From positions 1 through 60,668 of the forward strand of contig JBFKDW010000008.1 in NCBI GenBank assembly GCA_041619515.1: 60,668 nt of DNA, read 5' to 3'. The stretch's first letter is position 1, and each line of letters opens with the position of its first letter. This DNA is from Acidimicrobiia bacterium. GTDB lineage: Bacteria; Actinomycetota; Acidimicrobiia; Spongiisociales; SHLN01. Positions 18,040 to 27,234 of the stretch are shown one piece after another. Made by a program: the position numbers and the translations under genes. The notes under the pieces were generated by a model, which was not told the origin of the DNA, ran no database searches, and saw only the letters and a program-made list of their open reading frames with translations.

Positions 18040-19326
18040 TCAGGAGGCGGGCGTCGAGTTGGTCCGGGGCCGGATCAACCCTGCCACATACAGCGTCTGG
18101 GCTCCGAGTGCCAGCACCCCCGCCGCGGCCAGGCCGGCCCCGGACGGAATGGTCACGGCTGTAGGGATGAGCGCTCCGAACACCCATGACAACTGGAACA
18201 ACGTCTCGGCGCGGACGAAGGCGCGGCCCCGGTCTTCGTGGGAAACCGACCGTTGCAGGAGCCCGTCGAAGGCGAGCTTGGCCACTCCCCAGGCGAACCC
18301 TGCGGCGGCGGCCAGCGCCGCCCCCGCCACCAGCCCGAACGCTTGGGCGGCAATGAAGGCGGCGGCTGCCTCGATGGCGAGAGCGGCAACGACCATCGGC
18401 TCTTCCCGGAGGATCCGTTCCAGCCAGGCGGCGATCACGGCTCCCAGGAAGTACCCGACCCCGGCGGCACCGAGCAGAAAGCCGAAGTCGAGCAGGCCCG
18501 CTTGCTCGTCGCGAAACGCGAAGGCAAGCAGGAACAGGAGGAACCCGTTGACGAACCGGACGCCGGCGGTGGCCAGCTGAGCGAGTCGGACCGAGCGGCC
18601 CACCCGCAGCAGGCCTCGCCGCACACCCTGGGATTCGGGCCGGGGCGGGTACGGTACTCCCTGTGCGGCCACCGCAGAGACTGCGAATGCCACCACCGAA
18701 ACCAGCAGGGCCGATCTGCTCCCGACATCCTCGGAGATCGCGCCCAAGCCGGTGGCGAGGGTGCCGCCCACCACCGCCGCAACGGTTCCCGAGACCACCC
18801 CGATCTTGGCCATGCGGGCATTGGCGGCCACCAGCTCGTGCGGCCCCTCCAGGGCTACCGGCAACAGCGCGTTGCGGCTGATGCCGTGAGCTCGGGAGAG
18901 CACGAGCATGAAGAACGCCAGCGGGAAGAGCACCAGGTCGTTGTCGAGGTTCAGCACCATCAACACCGCCACCACGGCGCGCAAGGCCGACGCAGCGCCG
19001 AGCCCGCGCCGGTAGGCGATGGGGAACCGTGCGAACAACCCGCCGAGCACCGGGCCGATCACGGCAAAGGGAGCCAGCGTCACCGCCAGGTAGAGCACCA
19101 CGTTGCTACGGGCTTCGCTGGGATCGGGCGTGAGGAACAGCACGTCGGCCAGCGCCACCGCCACCAGGGTGTCCCCGGCGGCATTGAAGGCGTGGGTCAG
19201 TGCCAGCGCCCGGAACCGAGGGCCCTTGGCCGACAGGAACGCGTCGACCCGCCGGGCGACCGCCTGTGAGGACTCTCGTGCTGCCCGCCGGGTTCTGGCA
19301 GCTCTTCCGGGCGGAGATGGCTCCAT
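18040..19326 (-). CDS. MFS transporter-like membrane protein
   Basis: About 12 TM segments; LVAANAR and RGRAF..AET..QL.WV.G motifs. Confidence 0.85.
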   Translation of the reverse strand: MEPSPPGRAARTRRAARESSQAVARRVDAFLSAKGPRFRALALTHAFNAAGDTLVAVALADVLFLTPDPSEARSNVVLYLAVTLAPFAVIGPVLGGLFARFPIAYRRGLGAASALRAVVAVLMVLNLDNDLVLFPLAFFMLVLSRAHGISRNALLPVALEGPHELVAANARMAKIGVVSGTVAAVVGGTLATGLGAISEDVGSRSALLVSVVAFAVSAVAAQGVPYPPRPESQGVRRGLLRVGRSVRLAQLATAGVRFVNGFLLFLLAFAFRDEQAGLLDFGFLLGAAGVGYFLGAVIAAWLERILREEPMVVAALAIEAAAAFIAAQAFGLVAGAALAAAAGFAWGVAKLAFDGLLQRSVSHEDRGRAFVRAETLFQLSWVFGALIPTAVTIPSGAGLAAAGVLALGAQTLYVAGLIRPRTNSTPAS

Positions 19327-19345
19327 GGCCTCACGCTACCTGGGG

Positions 19346-20410
19346 TCAGGCGGAATCTTCGTCGGGAGCATCGACCGCCCGCCGCTGCTCGAAACGCGAG
19401 TAGTCGAGGATCTCTTCGAAGAGCCGATGCACGGTCTTGGGATCGAGGCCGAGCCTCTCGGCCTCCTCCCGCACATCGGCGAGCAGATCGACCTCGCGGT
19501 CGGGCGAGCGCAGGGGGATGTTCTCCTCCACCTTGATGTGGGCGATCTCCACGGCCCGTTTCACGCGGCGAGCGAGCAGGCGCACGATCTCCCGGTCGAC
19601 GAGGTCGATATCTGCCCGCAGCCGGACGATGCCGAGTGCGTGCATCAAGGCAAGGTATTCCTCACGGTCGAGCTGATGCGGGCCCTCGGTGAGCGCCTCG
19701 TCGGGTGCCGGATGCACTTCGATCATCAGGCCGTCCGCGCCGGCCGCCCGGCCGGCAAGCGCCAGGGGCGCCACGATTGCACTCGCTCCAGACGCATGGG
19801 AGGGGTCGATGATGACGGGAAGGTGGCTGAGCTGCTTGACGACCGGCACCGAGCTGATGTCGAGTGTGCTGGCCGTCCTGGTGTCGAAGGTCCGGATCCC
19901 CTGTTCGCCGAGCACGACGTCCATGTTGCCCTCGTTGAGGATGTACTCGGCAGCCAGGAGCCATTCATCGATGGTCGCAGAAGGTCCCCGCTTCAGGAGG
20001 ACGGGCCGCTCACTCTGGCCGACTGCCCGCAGCAGCACGAAATTCTGCATGTTCGAAGCCCCCACCTGAAGCATGTCGACGTGCTCGGCGACAATCGGAA
20101 CGTCGTCGGGCTCGGTCACCTCGCTGACTACGGGAAGCTCGTGGGCGTTCCCGGCCCGGCGCAGGTACTCGAGACCTTCTGCACCGAGGCCCTGGAAGTC
20201 ATAGGGCGACCGCCGAATCTTGAAGGCCCCGCCGCGCAACATCGATGCGCCCCCTTCGGCAATGAATGCCGCCGCCTCCATGATCTGGGCTTCGGACTCC
20301 ACGGCGCACGGGCCGGCGATCACGGTGAACGCACCGGCGCCGATCACCACGTTGCCGACCCGCACGGAGGTTCCGCCTCCGCTGCCATTTCTGTGCGCCT
20401 TCATCTCCAT
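19346..20410 (-). CDS. Class I-beta DAHP synthase-like domain (degenerate) fused to C-terminal AroQ chorismate mutase
   Basis: [18 protein letters not shown] and DPSH; C-terminal LRADID..D...LARR....K....PDRE...S..EQ; AGGAGG RBS before ATG 20410. Confidence 0.88.
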   Translation of the reverse strand: MEMKAHRNGSGGGTSVRVGNVVIGAGAFTVIAGPCAVESEAQIMEAAAFIAEGGASMLRGGAFKIRRSPYDFQGLGAEGLEYLRRAGNAHELPVVSEVTEPDDVPIVAEHVDMLQVGASNMQNFVLLRAVGQSERPVLLKRGPSATIDEWLLAAEYILNEGNMDVVLGEQGIRTFDTRTASTLDISSVPVVKQLSHLPVIIDPSHASGASAIVAPLALAGRAAGADGLMIEVHPAPDEALTEGPHQLDREEYLALMHALGIVRLRADIDLVDREIVRLLARRVKRAVEIAHIKVEENIPLRSPDREVDLLADVREEAERLGLDPKTVHRLFEEILDYSRFEQRRAVDAPDEDSA

Positions 20411-20437
20411 GGGTCCTCCTCGTGGGGCCCGGGCATC

Positions 20438-20464
20438 AAAAAACCCGGAGCCCTCGCTCCGGGT
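20438..20464 (-). terminator. Attenuator terminator
   Basis: Minus strand ACCCGGAGC-gagg-GCTCCGGGT followed by a T run. Confidence 0.9.
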
Positions 20465-20487
20465 AGTGGTGGTGTATCGCGCGACCT

Positions 20488-20541
20488 CTACCCGGGCTGG
20501 GACCCGGTAAAGAAGAAGGCGAAGTAGCTGGTGGTCGTCAT
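20488..20541 (-). CDS. Phe/Tyr-rich attenuation leader peptide [17 protein letters not shown]
   Basis: 17 codons with a YFAFFF cluster; overlapping alternative hairpins; TACACT -10 upstream. Confidence 0.88.
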   Translation of the reverse strand: MTTTSYFAFFFTGSQPG

Positions 20542-20613
20542 CAGGAAGACGAGTGTAGCCCCGCCACGGCCAGAACGCCATAGCCCGGCATGGCCCTCTC
20601 GGAGCCGCCTACC

Positions 20614-21522
20614 TCAGAAGAAGAGCCCGTCGACGGCGATGGCGCCGAACAGCAGTGTCAGGTAGACGTTCGAGTAGCCGAAGAAGCGCATCGCTTCGTC
20701 CGGATGGGAACGCAGCCGCAGCGCCCCCCCGACAAACCCGGCGCCGAGCGCGACGGCCGCCCCCAGGTAGAAGAAGCTCATGTCACCGGCCGGGAACAGG
20801 ACGAGAGTGAGAGCGGCCAGCTGGAGGCTGTAGAGGAAGATGCTGTCCAGCGTCGCCTTCTCCCCCATCACCACCGGGAGCATGGGAATCCCGGCTTGCT
20901 CGTAGTCATCCCGGTATCTCAGCGACAGCGCCCAAAAATGCGGCGGCGTCCAGAAGAACACGATCGCGAACAAGAGCCACGGCGCCAGCGACAGCGAGTC
21001 GCTGACCGCCGCCCACCCGACCAGGACCGGCACGGCACCGGCGGCACCGCCGATGACGATGTTCTGACTGGATGACCGTTTCAACCAGAGCGTGTACACG
21101 AAGACGTAGAACAGCAGGGCGGCCGTCGCCAATGCAGCCGCCAGCAGGTTCACGGTCATCCACAGCCAGGCGAAGCCGCCGGCGCCCAGCAGAATCCCGA
21201 AGGTGAGGGCGCGGGCGGGAGCGACCTTGTGGGTCGCCATCGGCCGGTGGGCAGTGCGACCCATCACCTGATCGATGTCGCGATCGATCACGTTGTTGAT
21301 GGCATTGGCGCCCCCGGCCGACATAGCGCCACCGACGAGGGTGGCGAGCACCAGCCAGGTTCCCGGCCACGACCGCTCGGCGAGAATCATCGCCGGTACG
21401 GTGGTGACCAGCAGCAGCTCGATGATGCGCGGCTTGGTGAGCGCCACATATGCCCCTACCTTGCCGATGGCCGTCCGTGGGACCGCCCTGGGGTCGGTGA
21501 CCCGTACTCCGGCGGCGCTCAC
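20614..21522 (-). CDS. ctaB: Heme o synthase (protoheme IX farnesyltransferase)
   Basis: LTKPRIIELLL, DRDID..M.RT..RP, YTLWLKR and WTPPHFWAL. Confidence 0.95.
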   Translation of the reverse strand: MSAAGVRVTDPRAVPRTAIGKVGAYVALTKPRIIELLLVTTVPAMILAERSWPGTWLVLATLVGGAMSAGGANAINNVIDRDIDQVMGRTAHRPMATHKVAPARALTFGILLGAGGFAWLWMTVNLLAAALATAALLFYVFVYTLWLKRSSSQNIVIGGAAGAVPVLVGWAAVSDSLSLAPWLLFAIVFFWTPPHFWALSLRYRDDYEQAGIPMLPVVMGEKATLDSIFLYSLQLAALTLVLFPAGDMSFFYLGAAVALGAGFVGGALRLRSHPDEAMRFFGYSNVYLTLLFGAIAVDGLFF

Positions 21523-22439
21523 GCCGGGACCTCCGATCGGCTCGGTATCAGAACATCGGCTGCCAGCACCACCAGCACGATCCAGACGAGATCCGCCACC
21601 AGCAAATGGGCGAGCTGGATCCAGACGGGGGCTGCCAGAAGCGCATTCACCGTCCCAACCACCAGTTGTCCCAACACCAGTACGCCGACGAGTCGCGAGA
21701 GGCGGGCGATGCTGCCGCCGCGGCCCTCGGCCACCTGGTTGGCCACCCACACGGCCAGTAGGGCCGCGCCGATTGCGATGACCGGGTGGTAGATGCGCAG
21801 CCTCTCGAACAGGTGGGCGGTGGCTGACAGCTCCCGCTCGAGGCCGGCCACGAACGAGTCGACCGGAAAGAGCGTGTCACCCAGGGCGGCGATGGCGCCG
21901 CTGATCCCGACGAGGAGCATCGACCCGAGGGCGCTCAGCAAGAGCCAGCGATCGCGAAGCGTCGGAATCACAGTGCTGTCGGGCCCGGGGGTCGCGGACC
22001 ACCAGGCGGTGAGGGTCGCCGCCGCCAGCAATAGCAGCGTGTTGGCAAAATGGCCCGCTTGCCAGTACGCCCGGCTCACGCCCTCGAAATCGCCGGTCTG
22101 CTCGAACAGGACGAGCCCGGCACCGATCAGCGACTCGGCGATCACCAGTATCAACGTGGCGGTGGCAGCGCGGCGGACCCGATGCCCGGATGGGAACGTG
22201 CGCACGGCTGAAATGAGCAGGTAGAGAATGAGAACGCCGAGCCCGGCGCTGCTCACCCGGTGCACGAACTCAATCGCCGTCTCGGCAGAGCCGCTCAGCG
22301 GAACCACCTCGCCGTTGCAGGTCGGCCAGTTGTTCCCGCACCCCGCACCCGACCCGGTGGCGCGCACGACGGCGCCCCACAGGACGACGAACACGGTGAC
22401 TCCCACGGTCAGCCAGGCGACTCTTGCAAAGCGGCTCAT
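21519..22439 (-). CDS. ctaA: Heme A synthase (CtaA/COX15 family)
   Basis: VRATGSGAGC..WPTCNG, IEFVHR and QLAHLL. Confidence 0.9.
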   Translation of the reverse strand: MSRFARVAWLTVGVTVFVVLWGAVVRATGSGAGCGNNWPTCNGEVVPLSGSAETAIEFVHRVSSAGLGVLILYLLISAVRTFPSGHRVRRAATATLILVIAESLIGAGLVLFEQTGDFEGVSRAYWQAGHFANTLLLLAAATLTAWWSATPGPDSTVIPTLRDRWLLLSALGSMLLVGISGAIAALGDTLFPVDSFVAGLERELSATAHLFERLRIYHPVIAIGAALLAVWVANQVAEGRGGSIARLSRLVGVLVLGQLVVGTVNALLAAPVWIQLAHLLVADLVWIVLVVLAADVLIPSRSEVPA

Positions 22440-22616
22440 AGCTCGGCCAAGGTTACCGACCTGCACAACCATCGGACTCTGGCTAGTGCAGTGACCATTT
22501 CCCAGAAAACCTCGCCGAATGCAACAGCAATCCCGCCGGACGCGCGTACCATGTCGGAGGGGGAAGAACCCCTCCTCGCCGTCCTCGGCGAGATCCCATC
22601 ACTCACGGAGATATCA

Positions 22617-25262
22617 ATGTCGCAGGTACGGAACCGACGCAACCTCTCACTACTCACGGCACTGGTGACCATGCTTACCGTGCTCGTGTTCCCCACCGGC
22701 GGTGCTTTCGCGGCCGACGTGGCCGTCGACTGCAGCACCGACGACCTGCAGACAGCGATCAATGGCGCCACGAGCGGCGACAACATCATCATCACAGATG
22801 GGACAACCTGCACGGGCAACTTCGATGTCAACAAGCCGCTCGTCATCCGTGCCGAAACCGCGGCAGGGGCAACCATCGATGGAGGTGGCGCCGACACCGG
22901 CCCCGTAGTCACCGTGAGCACGGGCGGCACCGTCGCCTTCCAGAACGTGACGATTTCCGGCGGTGTCAACACATCGCCCGCCAACTCCGGCCTCGGTGGC
23001 GGGCTCTTCATCGGTGGCGCCACCGTGAACGTCACCGACTCGACCATCACCGGCAACTCGGCCGACACCGGTGCCGGTATCTACAACGGCGGGATCCTCA
23101 CCATCTCGGGCGGAAGCATCACCGACAACACCGCAGTCACCAACGGCGGTGGGATCTTCTCGAACGGGACCGTCACCCTCTCCGGGGTCATGCTCGGAAC
23201 CCCCGCGCTGCCGAACACGGCAGGCCAGGGTGGAGGCGCCTACAACAACGGCACGATGACGGTCAACAGCTCCTCGGTCGTGGACAGCAACGTCGCAACC
23301 GGCGTCACCGGCGGCGGCGGCGGGCTGTGGAATGACGGCACGCTGACGGTCGACACCTCCGTCATCACCGGCAACGTCGCGACCGACGCCGGCGGCGGTA
23401 TCCACAACACCTCCGGCGGGACGTTGACGGTGACCAGCTCCGAAGTGACCAGCAACGACGCCTCGGCAGCCGGTGGGATCCTGAACAACGGGCTCGGCGG
23501 CACCGGGAGCACGGCCGTGATCACCGATTCACTGGTCTCACTCAACGATGCCGTCAACGCCTCCGGTCTCGGTGGTGGTGGAATCTTCAACATCAGTTTC
23601 GCCGCAGACGTCGTGAAAGCCGACCTGACGGTGACCGACAGCGAGGTGTCCTTCAATACCTCCGCAGCCGAAGGCGCCGGTGGGATCCGCAACCAGGATT
23701 CCGACGCCACCATCGGCGGGTCACTCATCGACAGCAACGACGCAGTCGCCAGTGGCGGAGGGATACGAACCTCCGGCACGCTGGTCGTGACCGACAGCAC
23801 CCTCTCGGGGAACTCGACGGACTCCTCGGGCGGCGCTATTGCCCTCGACGGCGATTCGTCCATCCTCCAGGTGCGAGGCTCGGTGATCGACGGGAACTCC
23901 GCCACCAACGAGGGAGGCGGCCTGTCTGTCGGGCTCACGACGAGCGCCGACATCACCACCTCCTCGGTAACCCGTAACTCCGCATCGGCCGGAGCAGGGA
24001 TCTCCAACGCCGGCACGCTCAGCGTCACCAACACGACGGTGAGCGCCAACACGGCATCGACCCAGGGCGGCGGCTTCCTCACGTCGGGCAGCCTCTCGGT
24101 GTTCTCTTCGACGATCGCCACCAACGACGCCACCAACGAAGGTGGCGGCGTCCGGGTGATCGGTGTCCCGACAGTGACCCTCACCGGCACCATCCTGTGG
24201 GGCAACACCGGCGGATCAGGCAAGGACTGCTCCGGACCTCTCGACAGTGGTGGGTTCAACCTGGTCGGATCGGTGTTGACGCCGTGTGTCTACGGGGGCG
24301 ACGCCACCGATCTCCCGCCGGGCTCCGACCCCATGCCGGGCGCCCTCGGCTTCTACGGCGAGACCACCGAGCATCATCCCCTCAACGCCGGCAGCGATGC
24401 CATCGACGCCGGCGGCGACTGCGGGCTGACCGTCGACCAGATCGGCGCCGCCCGGCCCGACGGTCCAGCCTGCGACGTCGGAGCCATCGAAGGTGTCTCC
24501 ACGCTGATGGCGGATGATGTCCTGCTGGTCGAGCCAAACGGCCGCTGGCACATTCGAGTGCCCGGCAATCCCGACTACACGTTCTTCTTCGGAATCCCCG
24601 GCGACATCCCCATCTTCGGAGACTGGGATGGCGACGGGCTGGATACTCCGGGCGCATGGCGTCAGGGGCCGGGTGGCGGGTTCGCCTACATGACGAACAC
24701 GCTGCCTCCGGATGGCGGATCTGCGGTCGCCGACTTCGACTTCTTCTTCGGGATTCCCAACGACGAGGTGTTCGTCGGCGACTGGAACGGTGACGGGATC
24801 GACACCCTCGGCATCAACCGCAAGGGGCACATCTTCCTGACCGATACCAACGGCAGCGGCGGTGCTCCGGTTCCCACCGACTACGACTTCTGGTTCGGAG
24901 TCGGGGGTGACGTCGCCTTCGGCGGTGACGGAGACGGAGACGGCTCGGACGCCGTGTTCCTCTACCGTGCGGAAGGACCCGGTGCCGGATTCGTGTACTA
25001 CACGAACGAGACCCCGGTCGGGCCGGGCGCAGTGGCCACCACAGCCGACAACTTCTTCTTCGGCATCGCATCGGACAGCTTCGTGGCCGGCGATTGGAAC
25101 AGGGACGGCGTCGATACCGCGGGCATCTTCCGGTCCTCGGACACCACCGTCTACCTGACAAACACCAACGCCAGCGGCGGCGACCCCGCCCCCACCGACG
25201 TCCAGTACGTCTGGGGAACCGCCGGGTGGTTCCCGGTGGCAGGGGTGCACGGCGTCGGCTGA
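22617..25262 (+). CDS. Secreted beta-helix (GGGI repeat, choice-of-anchor Q-like) protein with C-terminal GDWxGDG repeats
   Basis: Signal peptide ending AFA; many N.A..GGGI.N repeats; S.AIDAG and DQ.G..RP..CDVGAIE; GDWDGDG, GDWNGDG and GDWNRDG. Confidence 0.85.
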   Translation: MSQVRNRRNLSLLTALVTMLTVLVFPTGGAFAADVAVDCSTDDLQTAINGATSGDNIIITDGTTCTGNFDVNKPLVIRAETAAGATIDGGGADTGPVVTVSTGGTVAFQNVTISGGVNTSPANSGLGGGLFIGGATVNVTDSTITGNSADTGAGIYNGGILTISGGSITDNTAVTNGGGIFSNGTVTLSGVMLGTPALPNTAGQGGGAYNNGTMTVNSSSVVDSNVATGVTGGGGGLWNDGTLTVDTSVITGNVATDAGGGIHNTSGGTLTVTSSEVTSNDASAAGGILNNGLGGTGSTAVITDSLVSLNDAVNASGLGGGGIFNISFAADVVKADLTVTDSEVSFNTSAAEGAGGIRNQDSDATIGGSLIDSNDAVASGGGIRTSGTLVVTDSTLSGNSTDSSGGAIALDGDSSILQVRGSVIDGNSATNEGGGLSVGLTTSADITTSSVTRNSASAGAGISNAGTLSVTNTTVSANTASTQGGGFLTSGSLSVFSSTIATNDATNEGGGVRVIGVPTVTLTGTILWGNTGGSGKDCSGPLDSGGFNLVGSVLTPCVYGGDATDLPPGSDPMPGALGFYGETTEHHPLNAGSDAIDAGGDCGLTVDQIGAARPDGPACDVGAIEGVSTLMADDVLLVEPNGRWHIRVPGNPDYTFFFGIPGDIPIFGDWDGDGLDTPGAWRQGPGGGFAYMTNTLPPDGGSAVADFDFFFGIPNDEVFVGDWNGDGIDTLGINRKGHIFLTDTNGSGGAPVPTDYDFWFGVGGDVAFGGDGDGDGSDAVFLYRAEGPGAGFVYYTNETPVGPGAVATTADNFFFGIASDSFVAGDWNRDGVDTAGIFRSSDTTVYLTNTNASGGDPAPTDVQYVWGTAGWFPVAGVHGVG

Positions 25263-25281
25263 ACAACCAGCCGAGTTAGAC

Positions 25282-25311
25282 GAACGGGCCCCCGCCAGGG
25301 GGCCCGTTTCG
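25282..25311 (+). terminator. Intrinsic terminator-like hairpin
   Basis: AACGGGCCCCC-gcca-GGGGGCCCGTT followed by TC. Confidence 0.75.
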
Positions 25312-25379
25312 CGTCCACGCCTGGGGTGGCTGGGCCCACGCGACGGCCGGGCCGGGGCTCCTGCTCTAGTTTTGAAGTC

Positions 25380-26207
25380 GTGGCAGTGCTCGTCTACGGC
25401 TCTCTCGTCCCCGACATCGTCTTCGCCGTTCCTCGAGTCCCGCAAACCGGCGAGGATGTCCCCGCTGCGTCGGTCTCTGTGGTTGCTGCCGGCGGCGGTG
25501 GCAATGTGGCGGTGGCATTGGCGGCCTGGGGCTTCGACGTCATGGCGGCCGGCAATTCCGTCGGGGATGACCCGCTCGGCCGCTGGGTGGCAGCGGATTT
25601 CGAGGATCGAGGCATCCGGCTGCCCGCCGATTTCGTCGGCCGGGATGGAATCACCGCCGCCAACGGCATCATCGTCACACCCGACGGTGAACGAACGATC
25701 ATCGGTAGCGACTACTCGTCGGTGACTTGGCTTCCCGTGCCCGATTGGCACGGGATCGAGATCGTCATGGTCGACGGGTACAGCGGCGAGGCCGGCTCCG
25801 CCACCATCCGCCAGGCGGCCGGGCGCAACCTCCCCATCGTGGGAACCGATCGCACCGGACCCGACACGGCCGACCTGACCCTTCTGCTGTGGTCGGCCGG
25901 CGAGCACCCCGATCCGGCCGAGGCGATGTCCACCGCCGGCGGTGGGCCGACGGTCATCGTGACCGATGGACCGCGAGCCGTTGTCGTGTATCAGCCCGAC
26001 GGTTCGACAGTTGAGCTGTCCCCAACACCTCGCCCGGCGGCCGACAGCACCGGAGCCGGCGACCTCTTCGCCGCCGCCGTCACCGCCGGTCTCGCCGATG
26101 GCCTCGCCACGGTCGCAAGCCTCGAGCGGGCAATCGACGTGGCCGGCCGGTACGTCGCGGCGGGACGCGGTTCGGAGGTCCCGCATCTCACTAGACTGCT
26201 CCCATGA
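25380..26207 (+). CDS. PfkB family carbohydrate kinase
   Basis: GGGGNVAVALA, VGDD..G and DSTGAGDLF. Confidence 0.9.
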   Translation: MAVLVYGSLVPDIVFAVPRVPQTGEDVPAASVSVVAAGGGGNVAVALAAWGFDVMAAGNSVGDDPLGRWVAADFEDRGIRLPADFVGRDGITAANGIIVTPDGERTIIGSDYSSVTWLPVPDWHGIEIVMVDGYSGEAGSATIRQAAGRNLPIVGTDRTGPDTADLTLLLWSAGEHPDPAEAMSTAGGGPTVIVTDGPRAVVVYQPDGSTVELSPTPRPAADSTGAGDLFAAAVTAGLADGLATVASLERAIDVAGRYVAAGRGSEVPHLTRLLP

Positions 26208-26284
26208 AGAAGATCTTCTTGCTGCTGATCGTCGCCGTTATCGGCCTGGCGGTCTACAAGTACCTCAACGACGAGAGCTACTGA
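26204..26284 (+). CDS. 26-aa membrane peptide (MKKIFLLLIVAVIGLAVYKYLNDESY)
   Basis: ATGA overlap with the kinase stop; TAGACT 6 nt upstream; GC3-rich codons. Confidence 0.7.
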   Translation: MKKIFLLLIVAVIGLAVYKYLNDESY

Positions 26285-27189
26285 GCCTTCTCGACGAACT
26301 CGACGACGGCGTCGGCGATGTCCGATGCATGGGTGAATATCGCCTCGTGCCTGGCCGCTAGCTCGACCACCGACGGATCCTTGAGCAATCCAGCCAGCTC
26401 GTACTGCACGCCGGCGGGGATGATTTGATCGTGAGTCGGGATGATGACGAGCACGGGGGGTGCGAGCTGTCCGACCCAGCGGCGTGAATCGAAGCGCTTG
26501 ATGGCTCGCAGCGCCCGCATGTTGAGCTCCGGGTCCCGCGCCAGCATCATGTCCCACAGCCACCGATCGTGCTCCGGACCGATCGCCCCGGCGTTCTTCA
26601 GGACCGACCGCGAGATGCGGGCCCCCTCGATGTTGCCGACCTTCCAGAGAATCCGCAGCAGCACCATGCCGACCGCGTCTCGCACCGGATGCCGCAACGA
26701 CTTGGCGGCGGTAGCCGCGAGGACCGCCCGGGCTACCAGGCCAGGGTGCCGGCGCGCCAGCGCCTGGGTGACCATTCCGCCCATCGAATAGCCGAAGACG
26801 GTGGCTTGGCGAACCTCGAGCGCATCGAGCACGGCTGCCACCTCGTCGGCCACCGTCTCGATCTCGTAGTCCTCGTACAGCCTGCTCGAGCCCCCGTAGT
26901 TCCGCTGGTCGACCATGATGACCCGAAACCGGTCCGAGAGGAGCGGCACCAGGCTCCAGAAGGTGGCCAGGCTGTCGTAAACCCATCCGTGGATGAGCAC
27001 GACGGGCTCGGCGGAAGGCAGCCCGGTCTCGCGAACCAGGAACTCCTTGCTCCCCACGAACACGGTGCGGCCGGGAAGCGGCAGCGGGTGTACCTGCGGG
27101 CCGCGTGATCGCGGACGGGTCACCGGGCCGAACACCCTCCACAGCGCCCAGCCCGCCAGCGAAACCCCGGCGACTCTGCGAATACCCAT
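26278..27189 (-). CDS. Alpha/beta hydrolase
   Basis: LIHGW, GYSMGG nucleophile elbow, D..IP and late His. Confidence 0.9.
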   Translation of the reverse strand: MGIRRVAGVSLAGWALWRVFGPVTRPRSRGPQVHPLPLPGRTVFVGSKEFLVRETGLPSAEPVVLIHGWVYDSLATFWSLVPLLSDRFRVIMVDQRNYGGSSRLYEDYEIETVADEVAAVLDALEVRQATVFGYSMGGMVTQALARRHPGLVARAVLAATAAKSLRHPVRDAVGMVLLRILWKVGNIEGARISRSVLKNAGAIGPEHDRWLWDMMLARDPELNMRALRAIKRFDSRRWVGQLAPPVLVIIPTHDQIIPAGVQYELAGLLKDPSVVELAARHEAIFTHASDIADAVVEFVEKAQ

Positions 27190-27234
27190 GGCCGGGAGTC
27201 TACGAAGGCCGGGCCGGCGTCAGACCCGGACCGG

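Noticed and set aside
22520..22548. ECF-like promoter TGCAAC...CGTA before the beta-helix gene
   Set aside because: The 19-nt spacer is too long for the usual 16-17 nt.
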